Shown: positions 49,412 to 59,512, counted from the stretch's first letter. The stretch is DNA of 64,000 nucleotides from Acidimicrobiia bacterium (GCA_965203555.1 CBDBCY010000004.1:1280001-1344000), one strand, 5' to 3'. Made by a program: numbers and translations. The notes: a model not told the origin generated them from the sequence alone.

Positions 49412-52400
49412 TCAGAGACCGAGGGACAACGGGGAGATGATCAGCCAGCTCACCAAGTCAAAATCCTCGCCGGTCCGGGGGGTTTCGGAGCGGCGGGACA
49501 TCACAAAGTCCCGACCGCCGCCCACGGCTAAGCCTGCCATCTGGGTGGCGCCGTGCCGACGGTTTACATGTCGGATGACCGTTTCCAGCAAATTGTCGTA
49601 GAGTGCCATTTGACGGCCGTTGTCTGTGTGGGTGTTGAACTGGTCGCACAGGCGGCGGATGGGTTTGTCCTCACCAATCGCCACCATCTCGAATGCTTCT
49701 AGCACTTGGCGGGTGTTGGCACATCCGTACCTGATCCTCCTGTCATGCTGGACATACACCAAGTAGAAGGGATGCACCGGACTAGCGACACGCTGTCCGG
49801 TCTTGACCGCCTCTCGGCGTTGTTTTAGGACAAAGACCACTCCTGGCTGGACTCCGCTGGAGGTTTCGGCAACAGCGTAAAGGCCTTTGGGCGCCATCTT
49901 GAGCTCCTCCTGATTCTTCTCCAGATAGCGCAACAACTGAGTGAAGAAGTAGTCGAGGGTGAAGTCGGTCATGGTCGGAGTGTCGGTCAGGTCGTCCAGA
50001 TCAACGATCTCTTCTCGAAGCTTGAGGAGTTGCTCGTCTCGGAATGTCAATTCCAATTGGATGCCCTCCTCCGTAAGAGGGTCGCTATCGCCGGTTGCTG
50101 TCATGTCGGCCAGCACCATCCGGGCGCGGACCCGGTTCTCCAACCTCAGATATGCTTCCATGTCCTCGGTAGGCCAGAAATTCACCATCCGCACTGTCTG
50201 ACTGCGACTGCCGATACGGTCGATCCGCCCGAAGCGCTGTACCAGCCTCACCGGGTTCCAGTGGATGTCGTAGTTGAGGGTGGTGTCGCAGTCCTGCAGG
50301 TTTTGACCCTCAGATATGCAGTCGGTGCCGATTAGTAGGTCTATCTGAGGACTGTCCAGGCTGGTGCGGTTGCGCGCCCGGGGAGCGAAAGCCGTCAGGA
50401 TGGCGTGGTAGTTGTTCTCTCCCACAGTGGTGAGGGTGGCGTCGCCGGACACCATGGCCATGTTGAGACCCAGTTCGGCTGTTAGGTCCTCCAAGTTCTT
50501 ATAGAGGTATTCGGCGGTGTCCTTGAAAGTGGTGAACACCAGAATCTTGCGATTGGGCCGGCCATCACTGTCAATAGTCGGATTCAGGGCTTTCTGGCGG
50601 ATCACCTGCCTGACTTCTCTCAGTTTCCCATCTCGTTCGGGTGTCACCACCGCCACCTGTCGCCGCGCCGCGTCCAGAACGGCCCGGTCCAAAAGCAAAT
50701 CCTGCTGCCACCGATCCAGGTCCAACTGGCCGAGGTGGTAAGGGTTCCGGGCCCGGTTTACAAAGAACTCGTCGTCGTCCTCGTCCGCCTCCGGCAGGAC
50801 CTCCGCGGAAACCCCGTTCGGTGGGTGCTGTCGGACTTTGAACCGGTCGATGCGCTCCATCAGGTCGTCAATCTTCTTGACCGTCCGTTCCAAAGTCAGC
50901 GTGAGGGCCTTAGCGGAACTCTCCAAGCGTTTGAGGAAGTTGGTGCGGATCATCCCGATCAAAAACCTCTCCCGGTCGGCCTGGTTGAAATTCCGAACTT
51001 TTCTTTCCTCTTCCAGTTCTCTTTTGCGGGCCTCGTCGATTAGGTACTCCGACGGCTGGTAGATGGACAGTCCGAAGTTGTTGATCTGCTTGGCCAGATG
51101 GTCGTATGACAACTCCCCCCCGAGATCGGTGGGAGGGTGGCGGTTGTCCGGCGCCTCATGTGTTGGGAACCGGCCGATACGGTCGATCTCTCTGGTGTAG
51201 AAGCGTTCGATCTGGCGGCGGGAACGGGCAATGGACACAGCGTCCAGCAGGCGGAACACATCAGGACCCAGGTTCTCCAGAAGCTCCATTTTGTTCCGAT
51301 GAGCCTTGCCTGTGTTGTCGGTCTCCCACTTTTGGAACTTCTTCTGCGCCACGGCCAGCAGGCTGGAGATGCTTCCGATTCCCAGGCTGTCCCTAAAAGT
51401 GTCGGCCCGTCTCTCTGTCATCAGATAAATCTGGTTCCGCAAGTCGATCAGTGAGGTGTTGACCGGGGTGGCGGACAGCATCAGCACCTTGGTTTGGGCA
51501 CCTTGGGCGATCACTTCATCGACCAGTCTCTGATACCGCTGCCCCTCGTGGTTCCTAAAGTTGTGGGACTCGTCGATCACTATCAGATCGAAGTTGCTCC
51601 AGTTGAAACGGGACAGGTCAACATCTCCTACCCGGCCCTTCTCTCGAGACAGATCCGTGTGAGACAACAGTGTGTACCCGAAGCGGTCCTCCGGGAAGGG
51701 GTTGTCCGAGTATGAGTTGTACGCCGGATACAGAGACCAGTTGTCACGCAACTTCCGAGGGCAGAGCACCAACACCCTCTGGTTTCGAAGCTCGAAATAC
51801 TTGATCACCGCCAGCGCGGTGTAGGTCTTGCCCAAACCCACGCTGTCGGCCAGGATGCACCCGTTGTGCCTCTGCAACGCCGAGATCACGCTGTGAACCC
51901 CGTCCTGCTGAAACTCGAACAGAGCCTTCCAAACTTGGGTGTCATACAGATGGATACTGTCGAACCGGTCCTGGTCGGCCAGTCGGGTGTCGATCTCGTC
52001 GCGGAACAACTCGAACAGAGTCTTGAAATAGACGAACTCGGGAGCATGCTCCTTCCCCACCCGACCCAAAGCTGCCAGCACCTGCGCCTTGGCGTCGCGG
52101 GTCAGCTCATCATCGCTCCACAACTCGTCAAACCAACCCGCCAACTCTCCTCGACTCGAAGGATCGGCAGTGGCCAGATTGATCTCCAGATTCGGTTCGG
52201 CACCGCCCCCCAGGCCCCGCTTGGTGAAATTGGAACTACCCACCACCGCCGCGCCCTCACCGTCCGGCCCATCCGCCAGATACATCTTCCCATGCAAAAA
52301 CCCCGGCCTGCCCACCGCCCGCACTCCCACAGAATCGCGGTCAATCCAATCAGCGCAACGAAGAGCAAGAAACTTCTGACGCAACACCACGCCGGGCACA

Positions 52401-52657
52401 AGCCCATCCTCAGTCAACTTGAAGAACCGAGGATCCTCCTCAGCAGGGTCCAACTCATCCACCGACGTCGGATCACCGAACAAGAAGCGCGTCTCGCCCA
52501 CCCCACCCAAGACATCCTCCAACAACTCAAACCCATAAATCGTGAAAAACGCCGACACCACCCGAAACAGGTCTGCATCATGCAACGTCCTCCGCAAGTA
52601 GTCCACCACCGCCCGGTCACGATTGTCCAGAATGTGCTCGTAAACGGACCTGCTCAC
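49412..52657 (-). CDS. PLD-nuclease + SNF2-family helicase fusion
   Basis: LHGKMY...GSSNFT (PLD/HKD), LADSVGLGKT, IDESHNFRN, LSATPVN, SEGQNLQ, WNPVRLVQRFGRIDR. GTG start after AAAGGA. Confidence 0.9.
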   Translation of the reverse strand: MSRSVYEHILDNRDRAVVDYLRRTLHDADLFRVVSAFFTIYGFELLEDVLGGVGETRFLFGDPTSVDELDPAEEDPRFFKLTEDGLVPGVVLRQKFLALRCADWIDRDSVGVRAVGRPGFLHGKMYLADGPDGEGAAVVGSSNFTKRGLGGGAEPNLEINLATADPSSRGELAGWFDELWSDDELTRDAKAQVLAALGRVGKEHAPEFVYFKTLFELFRDEIDTRLADQDRFDSIHLYDTQVWKALFEFQQDGVHSVISALQRHNGCILADSVGLGKTYTALAVIKYFELRNQRVLVLCPRKLRDNWSLYPAYNSYSDNPFPEDRFGYTLLSHTDLSREKGRVGDVDLSRFNWSNFDLIVIDESHNFRNHEGQRYQRLVDEVIAQGAQTKVLMLSATPVNTSLIDLRNQIYLMTERRADTFRDSLGIGSISSLLAVAQKKFQKWETDNTGKAHRNKMELLENLGPDVFRLLDAVSIARSRRQIERFYTREIDRIGRFPTHEAPDNRHPPTDLGGELSYDHLAKQINNFGLSIYQPSEYLIDEARKRELEEERKVRNFNQADRERFLIGMIRTNFLKRLESSAKALTLTLERTVKKIDDLMERIDRFKVRQHPPNGVSAEVLPEADEDDDEFFVNRARNPYHLGQLDLDRWQQDLLLDRAVLDAARRQVAVVTPERDGKLREVRQVIRQKALNPTIDSDGRPNRKILVFTTFKDTAEYLYKNLEDLTAELGLNMAMVSGDATLTTVGENNYHAILTAFAPRARNRTSLDSPQIDLLIGTDCISEGQNLQDCDTTLNYDIHWNPVRLVQRFGRIDRIGSRSQTVRMVNFWPTEDMEAYLRLENRVRARMVLADMTATGDSDPLTEEGIQLELTFRDEQLLKLREEIVDLDDLTDTPTMTDFTLDYFFTQLLRYLEKNQEELKMAPKGLYAVAETSSGVQPGVVFVLKQRREAVKTGQRVASPVHPFYLVYVQHDRRIRYGCANTRQVLEAFEMVAIGEDKPIRRLCDQFNTHTDNGRQMALYDNLLETVIRHVNRRHGATQMAGLAVGGGRDFVMSRRSETPRTGEDFDLVSWLIISPLSLGL

Positions 52658-53641
52658 AGGGTCATCCTTTGACCTGCCCTGAACCCGCCCACGAACTCGT
52701 CGGGAGACACCAACGGGGACCACCATCTGAAGTTGTCAAGTGTTGGGCTGGCCAGAGATGCCTTCCAACCGCATGGCCCGGTCCACCCAGCAGCTTTCGG
52801 CAACTGATGACCCATAATCGCGGCTCGGACCGGCGCGATGACGTCCCACATGAGAGCACGGGATGCCCGAGGAGATGCCTCAACTGTCTGACGGACCGTC
52901 CGCCTAACGTCCATCACCCACTTCTTTAGCGACTGTTCGTTCTTCAACGAAAGTGGATATTACCCCCCCGTGTCCCAACTTGTGACAGGATCTTGTCTCA
53001 CCACCTACTGAGAGGCTCACCCTAAATTAGATCTATGACCACACAGCTTTTGATCGCTGGTGCCGTTCAACGCAGGTTCGAGTCGTTCGCCAAAATGCGT
53101 GGGAAGAGCCTCGGCGCCGATGGGGAAGGCTTGACTTCGTGCTGGGTGGTGGGAGATACGGAACCCGAACGGCATCGTCAAGGACCGAGCCAAATGGTCA
53201 CTCCAAGGCGGATATTTGGAAGATAGGTGATTCCCCAGGGCGGCGGACGAGGAGATCATGTTAGGTGCTCCCTTGCACTTGGTGGCGGGCTTCACGATCC
53301 GTGCCCTACGCTGAATCAGACCGAACCGGAAAGAGTGGGCGCAGCGGGTGGGGTGGCGAAGCCTCCGCTTTGTTTGGCGCGCCATCCTTCCCTTGGGCAC
53401 CCAGATCTTCAATTGCCATCAATCCGCCGTGAGCAAAGAACCAACCGAGGGACTGAACAAATCTCATCAAGCGCATCAACGACCAGCATTACGGTTCCCT
53501 AACTACCAGAGCGCCACCCAAGTCTCATCCGCTTGCTAACCCAGCCGGTAGCTCCCCTCACCGCCACTTCCCTGTGGACCGATGGTTCCGTACTCAACGA
53601 CAGCAAAACGCTCCCCAGTTGTGCCGTTGGGCTTCGTTTCC

Positions 53642-54313
53642 CTATAGATGGTTCGGAATAGCAAGATGAACAACATCACGCTCCGTGTTCGAGATGCACC
53701 TGTCGAACCTCAATCGTGGATGTGGCATCTCAAGAGGTCCCACCATCCGCGCCTTATTGTAAAAGGCACTAAGGATAAAATCCATGAAACTATGTGGCGT
53801 CAAGGCTGCCGTAGCTGGGATCCGACAATGTTTGTATTGACCCAAAGTAAGGTGACTTTTGGGATGTGGCATTTTTGTTTGGCCACTGGTGTCACCCTTA
53901 AAGTCGAACCTTACCGGAACAGTCACGGTCCTTTTGTCAATTACATCCGCGTAGATCGGATCACTCCCATATATTTCTGGATCGTTCTGATACTCCAATA
54001 GGTCAGGTGCTGGTAAAAAAGCTAGTCGATGCCTAAGCAGGGCCTGATCAGACACCACGTACCTCATCTGTACCATAGCACCATCTAACATAAGAAGATT
54101 GAAGGACCGCTGCGACCGCTGCTCATAGTACGCCTGCGCATAGTCAAGATTCTTTAACATAGCGTTGTTCCAGTTGGGATGCTGGATACAATAGATGTTG
54201 GAGGCAGTTTGGGTTTCAAAGGCAACGTTCTGGTCATCAACCATACCCGCCAACACCAGACACCGCGTAATCTCACGTATTTCTCTAAGAAGGAGGCTGC
54301 GGTCAGAAGCCAT
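53642..54313 (-). CDS. DUF2290 domain protein
   Basis: LDGAMVQMRY, HRLAFLP, PVRFDF, HPKSHLTLGQYKHCRIP. ATG overlaps the end of the helicase gene. Confidence 0.78.
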   Translation of the reverse strand: MASDRSLLLREIREITRCLVLAGMVDDQNVAFETQTASNIYCIQHPNWNNAMLKNLDYAQAYYEQRSQRSFNLLMLDGAMVQMRYVVSDQALLRHRLAFLPAPDLLEYQNDPEIYGSDPIYADVIDKRTVTVPVRFDFKGDTSGQTKMPHPKSHLTLGQYKHCRIPATAALTPHSFMDFILSAFYNKARMVGPLEMPHPRLRFDRCISNTERDVVHLAIPNHL

Positions 54314-56483
54314 TCTCCTCCTCAGCCTTGTAAAGGATACGCCGCAGTGCTTCCAATAGGTCCTGATCGAAATCTTCAATGTAATACCTATTACGCTCAA
54401 TATCTTCAACGAATCTGGCCATATTCTGGCGGTTCAGCTCGATGCCTTGACGTTCAGAGCTGGACATATCCCTGTGAACTCGAGTAATGGCTTCAAGCTC
54501 GCTAGTAGTGGGGTATCGGAATGACAATCTGAAGTCTGCACTTCGGATGCGTTCATACTCTTGCGCCAAGACATCCATGCCTAAACCAACGCCAGTGATG
54601 CGGACCCAAGCTTTGCTCCGTGTGATAGCGGTAAACAGAATGTTTCTCAATCGCGATGCATTGACGTTTCCTGTGGTGTGGCATTCGTCAGCATTCACGA
54701 CGTACACCATTGCAGCTTCATTACCTTTGGCTCTATAGATACCAGTACACGCAATGGAATCAGGTTGCCAAAAGTGATCAGGCTGTGTGGTAACTCCCGC
54801 ATGATGGTTGGGGATTCCTAAAGCAAGAAGGGCGTCGCGGACTACACCCAGCTTTCTCCGCGCCGTGGTAGGATTCGGACTAATGACAATGATGTCCTCC
54901 AAACCTAACTCATCTTTGGAGAGGTTATCCCTAATTGCCCCTGCAACCCACGCCGCCTGCATCGTCTCATTCGTGAATGTCTGCAACTTGATTAGATCGT
55001 CCACAGGTGAGTGTTCTTCGAGAAAAAGCGGGCTCGTTTCGGCTGTTCTCCTCAATGTAACATCGCTACCCAGCTCTAGGGTCCCGCCTGCCACCCTATA
55101 GCCTATCTCTAACCAAAGATGTGGATGATCAAACATCTGTACTAACCCCGAGCTATACCGGCCAAGATGTTTCCGATAGATTCCAAAGCCGAGGCCGTGG
55201 GCCGTTACTAGCAAAGGCCGTGAGTTCCGATAGCATTTCTCCAAAATGATGTCCTGTTTTGGAGACAAGGATCCTCCAATGTCTGTGAACTCTACGCGAG
55301 GCCTGCCTCCTTCTTCGCCGAATATGTCCTCGGGTGGTAATGTAGATGAATCTGTCAGGTTTTGGAGTTCGTCGTAAGCGTAAACTAAGCGTTTTGGTGG
55401 TTTAAGCACTTCATAGCACATCCGCAAGAAACTGGCGGGCAGATCCTGAGCTTCGTCTATGAGGATTGCGTCGTACAGATGCCGAGGGTCTCCGACTTTG
55501 TCCAGGGCCGCCCTCACAGCGCCATCAAACGCTCTTGTCGTGCCATACCGCTGCTTTGCCTTATAAAAGTCCAAATACTCAATATCATTCTCACGGCAGA
55601 ATTCGTAATATATGCCCCACCGCTCAGACGAACCCGGAGCACCCCAGGAGTTGACAATCCGAAGTTGGTCCCAGCGCGGTTCCTGGCCAATCTGTTCTAT
55701 GACAAAATTGTTGATTAGGCGATAAAAATACCCTTTCAGGGACCGCGTGTGGAAGGTCACAGCTATCTTCCAATGCGGGTTCTGGGCATGCAAATAGGCT
55801 GCCTTCAGTGCTAGGACTATCGTCTTACCGGAACCAGCCAGCCCCCTGATTCTTTGTACTCCGTTCACAGTCTCGATTACAGCACTATGTTGTTGCTGAT
55901 CTAAGACAGCGATGGAATCCTCAAGTCTTTGCAACCTTGATCCTCTAGAGGTTTTGGCAGTGAGCAACCTGGGCTGTCGTGGCTTCCGCAACGCCGTTAC
56001 GCTTTGCACAGCCGATAGGGTTAACCGATACAACGATTCTGAGAGGTTTGAAACCTCTCTAGATTTCTCCGCCAGCCAGGGCACCAAAGATGCTCGAGTG
56101 AGCACGGGATGAGAGGTTGAGGATGGAACAGAGGTTACAGCGGGGGCGTATGTAGCTGTATGGATAGGCACTGCCAACTTGCGGCTAGAAACTAACTCTC
56201 TATTCCTAAGTAGGCGGGCGTGGAGCATGTTGTAACCATGATCCTGTCGATCCGAAGAGCCTGTGAGATCAGTGCCTTCAATCAAATCAAAGCACACTAA
56301 ACCGTGTTCTGGAGAAACCAACAATGCATCAATCGTGTGGTGGCCGAGAGATGTGGGTAAGACCGGATAACCGAGAGAGAGTTGTCCCTGCAAGGAAGAC
56401 GAGACTAAGGTGTCAACCAATGATTCGCTAGCCACTGGTTTGCCATTGATGCCATTTGCTACAACAAGAGAGGGCGTATCCAT
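54303..56483 (-). CDS. Superfamily I DNA/RNA helicase (partner of DUF2290)
   Basis: IRGLAGSGKT, IDEAQD, YDELQ, CYRN, AKGNEA, FTAITRSK. Confidence 0.85.
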   Translation of the reverse strand: MDTPSLVVANGINGKPVASESLVDTLVSSSLQGQLSLGYPVLPTSLGHHTIDALLVSPEHGLVCFDLIEGTDLTGSSDRQDHGYNMLHARLLRNRELVSSRKLAVPIHTATYAPAVTSVPSSTSHPVLTRASLVPWLAEKSREVSNLSESLYRLTLSAVQSVTALRKPRQPRLLTAKTSRGSRLQRLEDSIAVLDQQQHSAVIETVNGVQRIRGLAGSGKTIVLALKAAYLHAQNPHWKIAVTFHTRSLKGYFYRLINNFVIEQIGQEPRWDQLRIVNSWGAPGSSERWGIYYEFCRENDIEYLDFYKAKQRYGTTRAFDGAVRAALDKVGDPRHLYDAILIDEAQDLPASFLRMCYEVLKPPKRLVYAYDELQNLTDSSTLPPEDIFGEEGGRPRVEFTDIGGSLSPKQDIILEKCYRNSRPLLVTAHGLGFGIYRKHLGRYSSGLVQMFDHPHLWLEIGYRVAGGTLELGSDVTLRRTAETSPLFLEEHSPVDDLIKLQTFTNETMQAAWVAGAIRDNLSKDELGLEDIIVISPNPTTARRKLGVVRDALLALGIPNHHAGVTTQPDHFWQPDSIACTGIYRAKGNEAAMVYVVNADECHTTGNVNASRLRNILFTAITRSKAWVRITGVGLGMDVLAQEYERIRSADFRLSFRYPTTSELEAITRVHRDMSSSERQGIELNRQNMARFVEDIERNRYYIEDFDQDLLEALRRILYKAEEENGF

Positions 56484-56778
56484 GGGAGGAGTCTGGAGAG
56501 GAGTAGTCGGGTGTGGTCGATTCGTTTGGTGTGCAGTCTACCCCTTTGAATCGGGGTGCATCACTCTAACGGAGTTGCTTAGCGTGACCCGAGAAGCGGC
56601 AGGTCTGCCAACAACCTTCCAAGGTCGATCCCGGCCGCCACGGAAGCCGTGCAGACACCACCTTGTAGCTCAGAGGCTGTTTTACGACTCACAAGAATGA
56701 GACCTTCAACAATGTGCCTGAGTCAACTGATGCCAATAGAGGATAAGGAAGCTCATCTGCCTCCTCCCCCGATCATCC

Positions 56779-56806
56779 TTGCATTTCTGGACTCTTATGC
56801 CATAAT
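56779..56806 (+). promoter_or_regulatory. Sigma70-type promoter, probably giving a leaderless transcript
   Basis: TTGCAT-N16-CATAAT followed within 4-7 nt by ATGATG at 56811, with no Shine-Dalgarno sequence. Confidence 0.55.
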
Positions 56807-56810
56807 TGCA

Positions 56811-57980
56811 ATGATGATCCCGCGTCGTCTACATTCACATTTGCAGGATCTCCTGTCGGAGTATCCCGCCGTTGCCTTGATCGGGCCCCGGCAGGTGGGG
56901 AAAACAACCCTGGCCTGGCAGATCGCCAACGCAGTGGACTCTGTCTATCTCGACTTGGAATCACCGTCCGACTTGGCGAAGCTGTCCGACCCCGAGCTAT
57001 ATCTGGCCGACCATCAGCACAGGTTGGTCATCCTGGATGAGGTGCATAGGGCACCGGACCTATTCCAAGCCCTTCGCGGACTCATAGATCGGGGAAGGCG
57101 CAGCGGGCAAGGAGTGGGGCGGTTTCTTCTGCTGGGGTCCGCCTCGATGGAGCTGCTGCGGCAGTCGGGCGAGAGCCTGGCCGGTCGCATCGCCTACCTT
57201 GAACTCGGTCCGCTGGGCGTGACGGAGGTGGGATCAAACGACTGGTCGCACCTTTGGGTGCGAGGCGGATTCCCCAACAGCTTCCTGTCGGTTGACGACC
57301 GCCGAAGCTTCCTATGGCGACAGAACTTTATCCGGACCTATCTCGAGCGCGATATTCCCCAGTTCGGTCGGCGTATCCCCGCCGAGAGGCTCAGGCGATT
57401 CTGGGTGATGCTGGCCCATGCCCAGGGGGGGCTGCTCAACGCGGCGGCACTGTCACGCGGCCTCGGAGTGGACGGCAAGACCGTCTCCCGCTACTTGGAC
57501 CTGATGGCCGATCTGCTGCTGGTGCGGCGCCTGCCACCTTGGCGCATTAGCACAGGTAAGCGTCTTGTCAAGTCCCCGAAGGTCTATGTCCGCGACAGCG
57601 GGATCGTGCATGCGCTGCTGGGTCTGACCTCCAAGGAGGACCTTCTCGGTCATCCCGTAGTCGGGGCAAGCTGGGAGGGGTTCGTCATCGAGACCCTCGT
57701 GTCACGGCTGCCGGATGGAAGCGAAGCGAGCCACTACCGCTCGTCTGGTGGAGCGGAAATCGATCTGGTCGTGAAATTGCCCGGGCGTCGCCCGTGGGCG
57801 ATCGAGGTGAAGAGAAGCCTCAACCCCCGGCCGCGCAGGGGATTCCACAGCGGCTGCAGAGACGTGAGCCCGGAGAGCAAATTCGTCGTCTATCCCGGAG
57901 CAGAGCGTTACAGGATCACACCGGATACCGAAGCTGTCCCGCTGCTTGACCTGGCGCAAGACTTGAGCCGAGCAACATAG
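56811..57980 (+). CDS. ATP-binding protein, AAA_14 + DUF4143 (C-terminal PD-(D/E)xK-like domain)
   Basis: GPRQVGKTT, ILDEVH, LLGSAS, ESLAGR, RGGFP, KSPKVY..DSG, EIDLV, AIEVK. Confidence 0.9.
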   Translation: MMIPRRLHSHLQDLLSEYPAVALIGPRQVGKTTLAWQIANAVDSVYLDLESPSDLAKLSDPELYLADHQHRLVILDEVHRAPDLFQALRGLIDRGRRSGQGVGRFLLLGSASMELLRQSGESLAGRIAYLELGPLGVTEVGSNDWSHLWVRGGFPNSFLSVDDRRSFLWRQNFIRTYLERDIPQFGRRIPAERLRRFWVMLAHAQGGLLNAAALSRGLGVDGKTVSRYLDLMADLLLVRRLPPWRISTGKRLVKSPKVYVRDSGIVHALLGLTSKEDLLGHPVVGASWEGFVIETLVSRLPDGSEASHYRSSGGAEIDLVVKLPGRRPWAIEVKRSLNPRPRRGFHSGCRDVSPESKFVVYPGAERYRITPDTEAVPLLDLAQDLSRAT

Positions 57981-58028
57981 TCTTGGGAGCGTATCTCCCA
58001 AGATGCTGTTGAAGACTGCGGAGGTAAG

Positions 58029-58111
58029 TAGGGTTTGGCCCGTCCCCTTCAATCCGAACCCATACAGTAGAGGAGACAATGGCCGAGATGCCCTGCCCAG
58101 CGGAGAACGGA
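58029..58111 (+). repeat. Diverged direct repeat, copy A (promoter, RBS and first 11 codons shared with the cyclophilin gene)
   Basis: tagggtttggcccgtccccttcaatcc...atacag...ggag...ATGGCCGAGATGCCCTGCCCAGCGGAGAACGGA. Confidence 0.8.
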
Positions 58112-59443
58112 CTGGACTCGTTGATCGCCGCACTGAAGGCGGATCACGCCGAACGGAACCCGCGGTCGGCCGCCGCGTTTGAGTCTGCTCTACGGGTCAT
58201 GCCGGGTGGCAACTCGCGCACACAGCTCTACTTCGAGCCGTTTCCCTTCTATGTCGATCATGCCGAGGGTCCGTACCTCCACGATCTGGACGGCCATCGC
58301 TACCTGGATGTCGTCAATAACTACACCAGCCTGATCCACGGCCATCCCGACTCCGAGACCGTCCGGGTTATCGCCGATCAGGCTGCCCGCGGCACGGCCC
58401 ACGCCGCGCCGTCACCCTCGGAGATTGAACTGGCCAAGGAGATCACCGGTCGGGTGAACAGCATGGAGATGGTACGGTTCACCAACTCGGGCAGCGAGGC
58501 GGTCTTGTACGCCATTCGACTCGCTCGACATGTCACTGGCCGCGCCGACGTGATCAAGGCAGAGGGCGGGTATCACGGAGGTGCTGAGTCCGTGCAGGTG
58601 AGTGTGAAGCGCCTGGGCCTCGATGAACCGGCGGCCCTGCCCGAGGAGGGCGTCCCCGAAAGTGTCGCCAGCGCCACGCATGTGATCCCCTTCGACGACA
58701 TCGACGAAGCCGTTCGATTGATCGGTGCCCGCGGCCCGGCATCGGCGGCGCTCATCGTGGAACCGATCCAGGGATTCGGTGGTGGCCTGAAGCCGCCGGA
58801 CGGCTACCTGGAGGCGATCTCCAAGGCGGCCTCGGACACCGGAACGCTGGTGATCCTCGATGAGATCCAGACTCTCCGGTACGCATACGGCGGCATCCAA
58901 CAGACGCTCGGCCTCACCCCCGACCTCACCGTCTTGGGCAAGCTGATCGGCGGCGGCCTCCCGGTTGGCGCTTTCGGCGGCTCGGAGGAACTGATGTCGG
59001 CGACCGACCCTCGAAGCCCGGGAGTGATGACCCAGAGCGGCACGTTCAACGCCAATCCCCTAACGATGTCCGCGGGCGTCCACGCACTTCGAAAGCTAAC
59101 CCCGGAAGCCATCGACCGCCTCAACTCCAACGGCGACGACCTGCGCGCCTGGATCAACGCCGAGTGCACGGAGCGCGGCCTGCCGCTGGTCGCCGGAGGA
59201 TACGGGAGTCTCCTGCAACTACATGTGGGGTCCGACCTTCCGACCAGCTACCGGCAGGCCAAGGCGCGGCCAATCGAGCCACTGACGGCGCTGTTCTACC
59301 TCCTCATGGAACGCGGCGTTTTCACCGCACCGTCGAGAGTCATAGTGGCGCTCTCAACCGCGATGCGCGAAACACAACTCGACGAACTCCGCGAGGCCAT
59401 TGCATCGTCGCTCGACGTTTTGTCAAAAGTAATGGCTGATTAG
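58079..59443 (+). CDS. Class III PLP aminotransferase (glutamate-1-semialdehyde aminomutase-like)
   Basis: MPGGNSR, DLDGH, RFTNSGSEA, GGYHG, LDEIQT, LGKLIGGG, SGTFNANP. Confidence 0.9.
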   Translation: MAEMPCPAENGLDSLIAALKADHAERNPRSAAAFESALRVMPGGNSRTQLYFEPFPFYVDHAEGPYLHDLDGHRYLDVVNNYTSLIHGHPDSETVRVIADQAARGTAHAAPSPSEIELAKEITGRVNSMEMVRFTNSGSEAVLYAIRLARHVTGRADVIKAEGGYHGGAESVQVSVKRLGLDEPAALPEEGVPESVASATHVIPFDDIDEAVRLIGARGPASAALIVEPIQGFGGGLKPPDGYLEAISKAASDTGTLVILDEIQTLRYAYGGIQQTLGLTPDLTVLGKLIGGGLPVGAFGGSEELMSATDPRSPGVMTQSGTFNANPLTMSAGVHALRKLTPEAIDRLNSNGDDLRAWINAECTERGLPLVAGGYGSLLQLHVGSDLPTSYRQAKARPIEPLTALFYLLMERGVFTAPSRVIVALSTAMRETQLDELREAIASSLDVLSKVMAD

Positions 59444-59512
59444 GCTGGTCGCCTCTCGAGGATCAAGTCAGTCCGGCGCTGCTGCCTCACCGCAGTCAGT
59501 CGAAGCCGTGGG

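Noticed and set aside
53070-53095. tRNA 3' fragment / att site (GCAGGTTCGAGTC...CGCCA)
   Set aside because: The T-stem does not pair, and there is no second copy or integrase in the window.
45977-56483. Complete DISARM or BREX system
   Set aside because: No DrmA/DrmB (DUF1998) and no PglZ/BrxC are visible. The nearby helicase is SF1 and is coupled to DUF2290.
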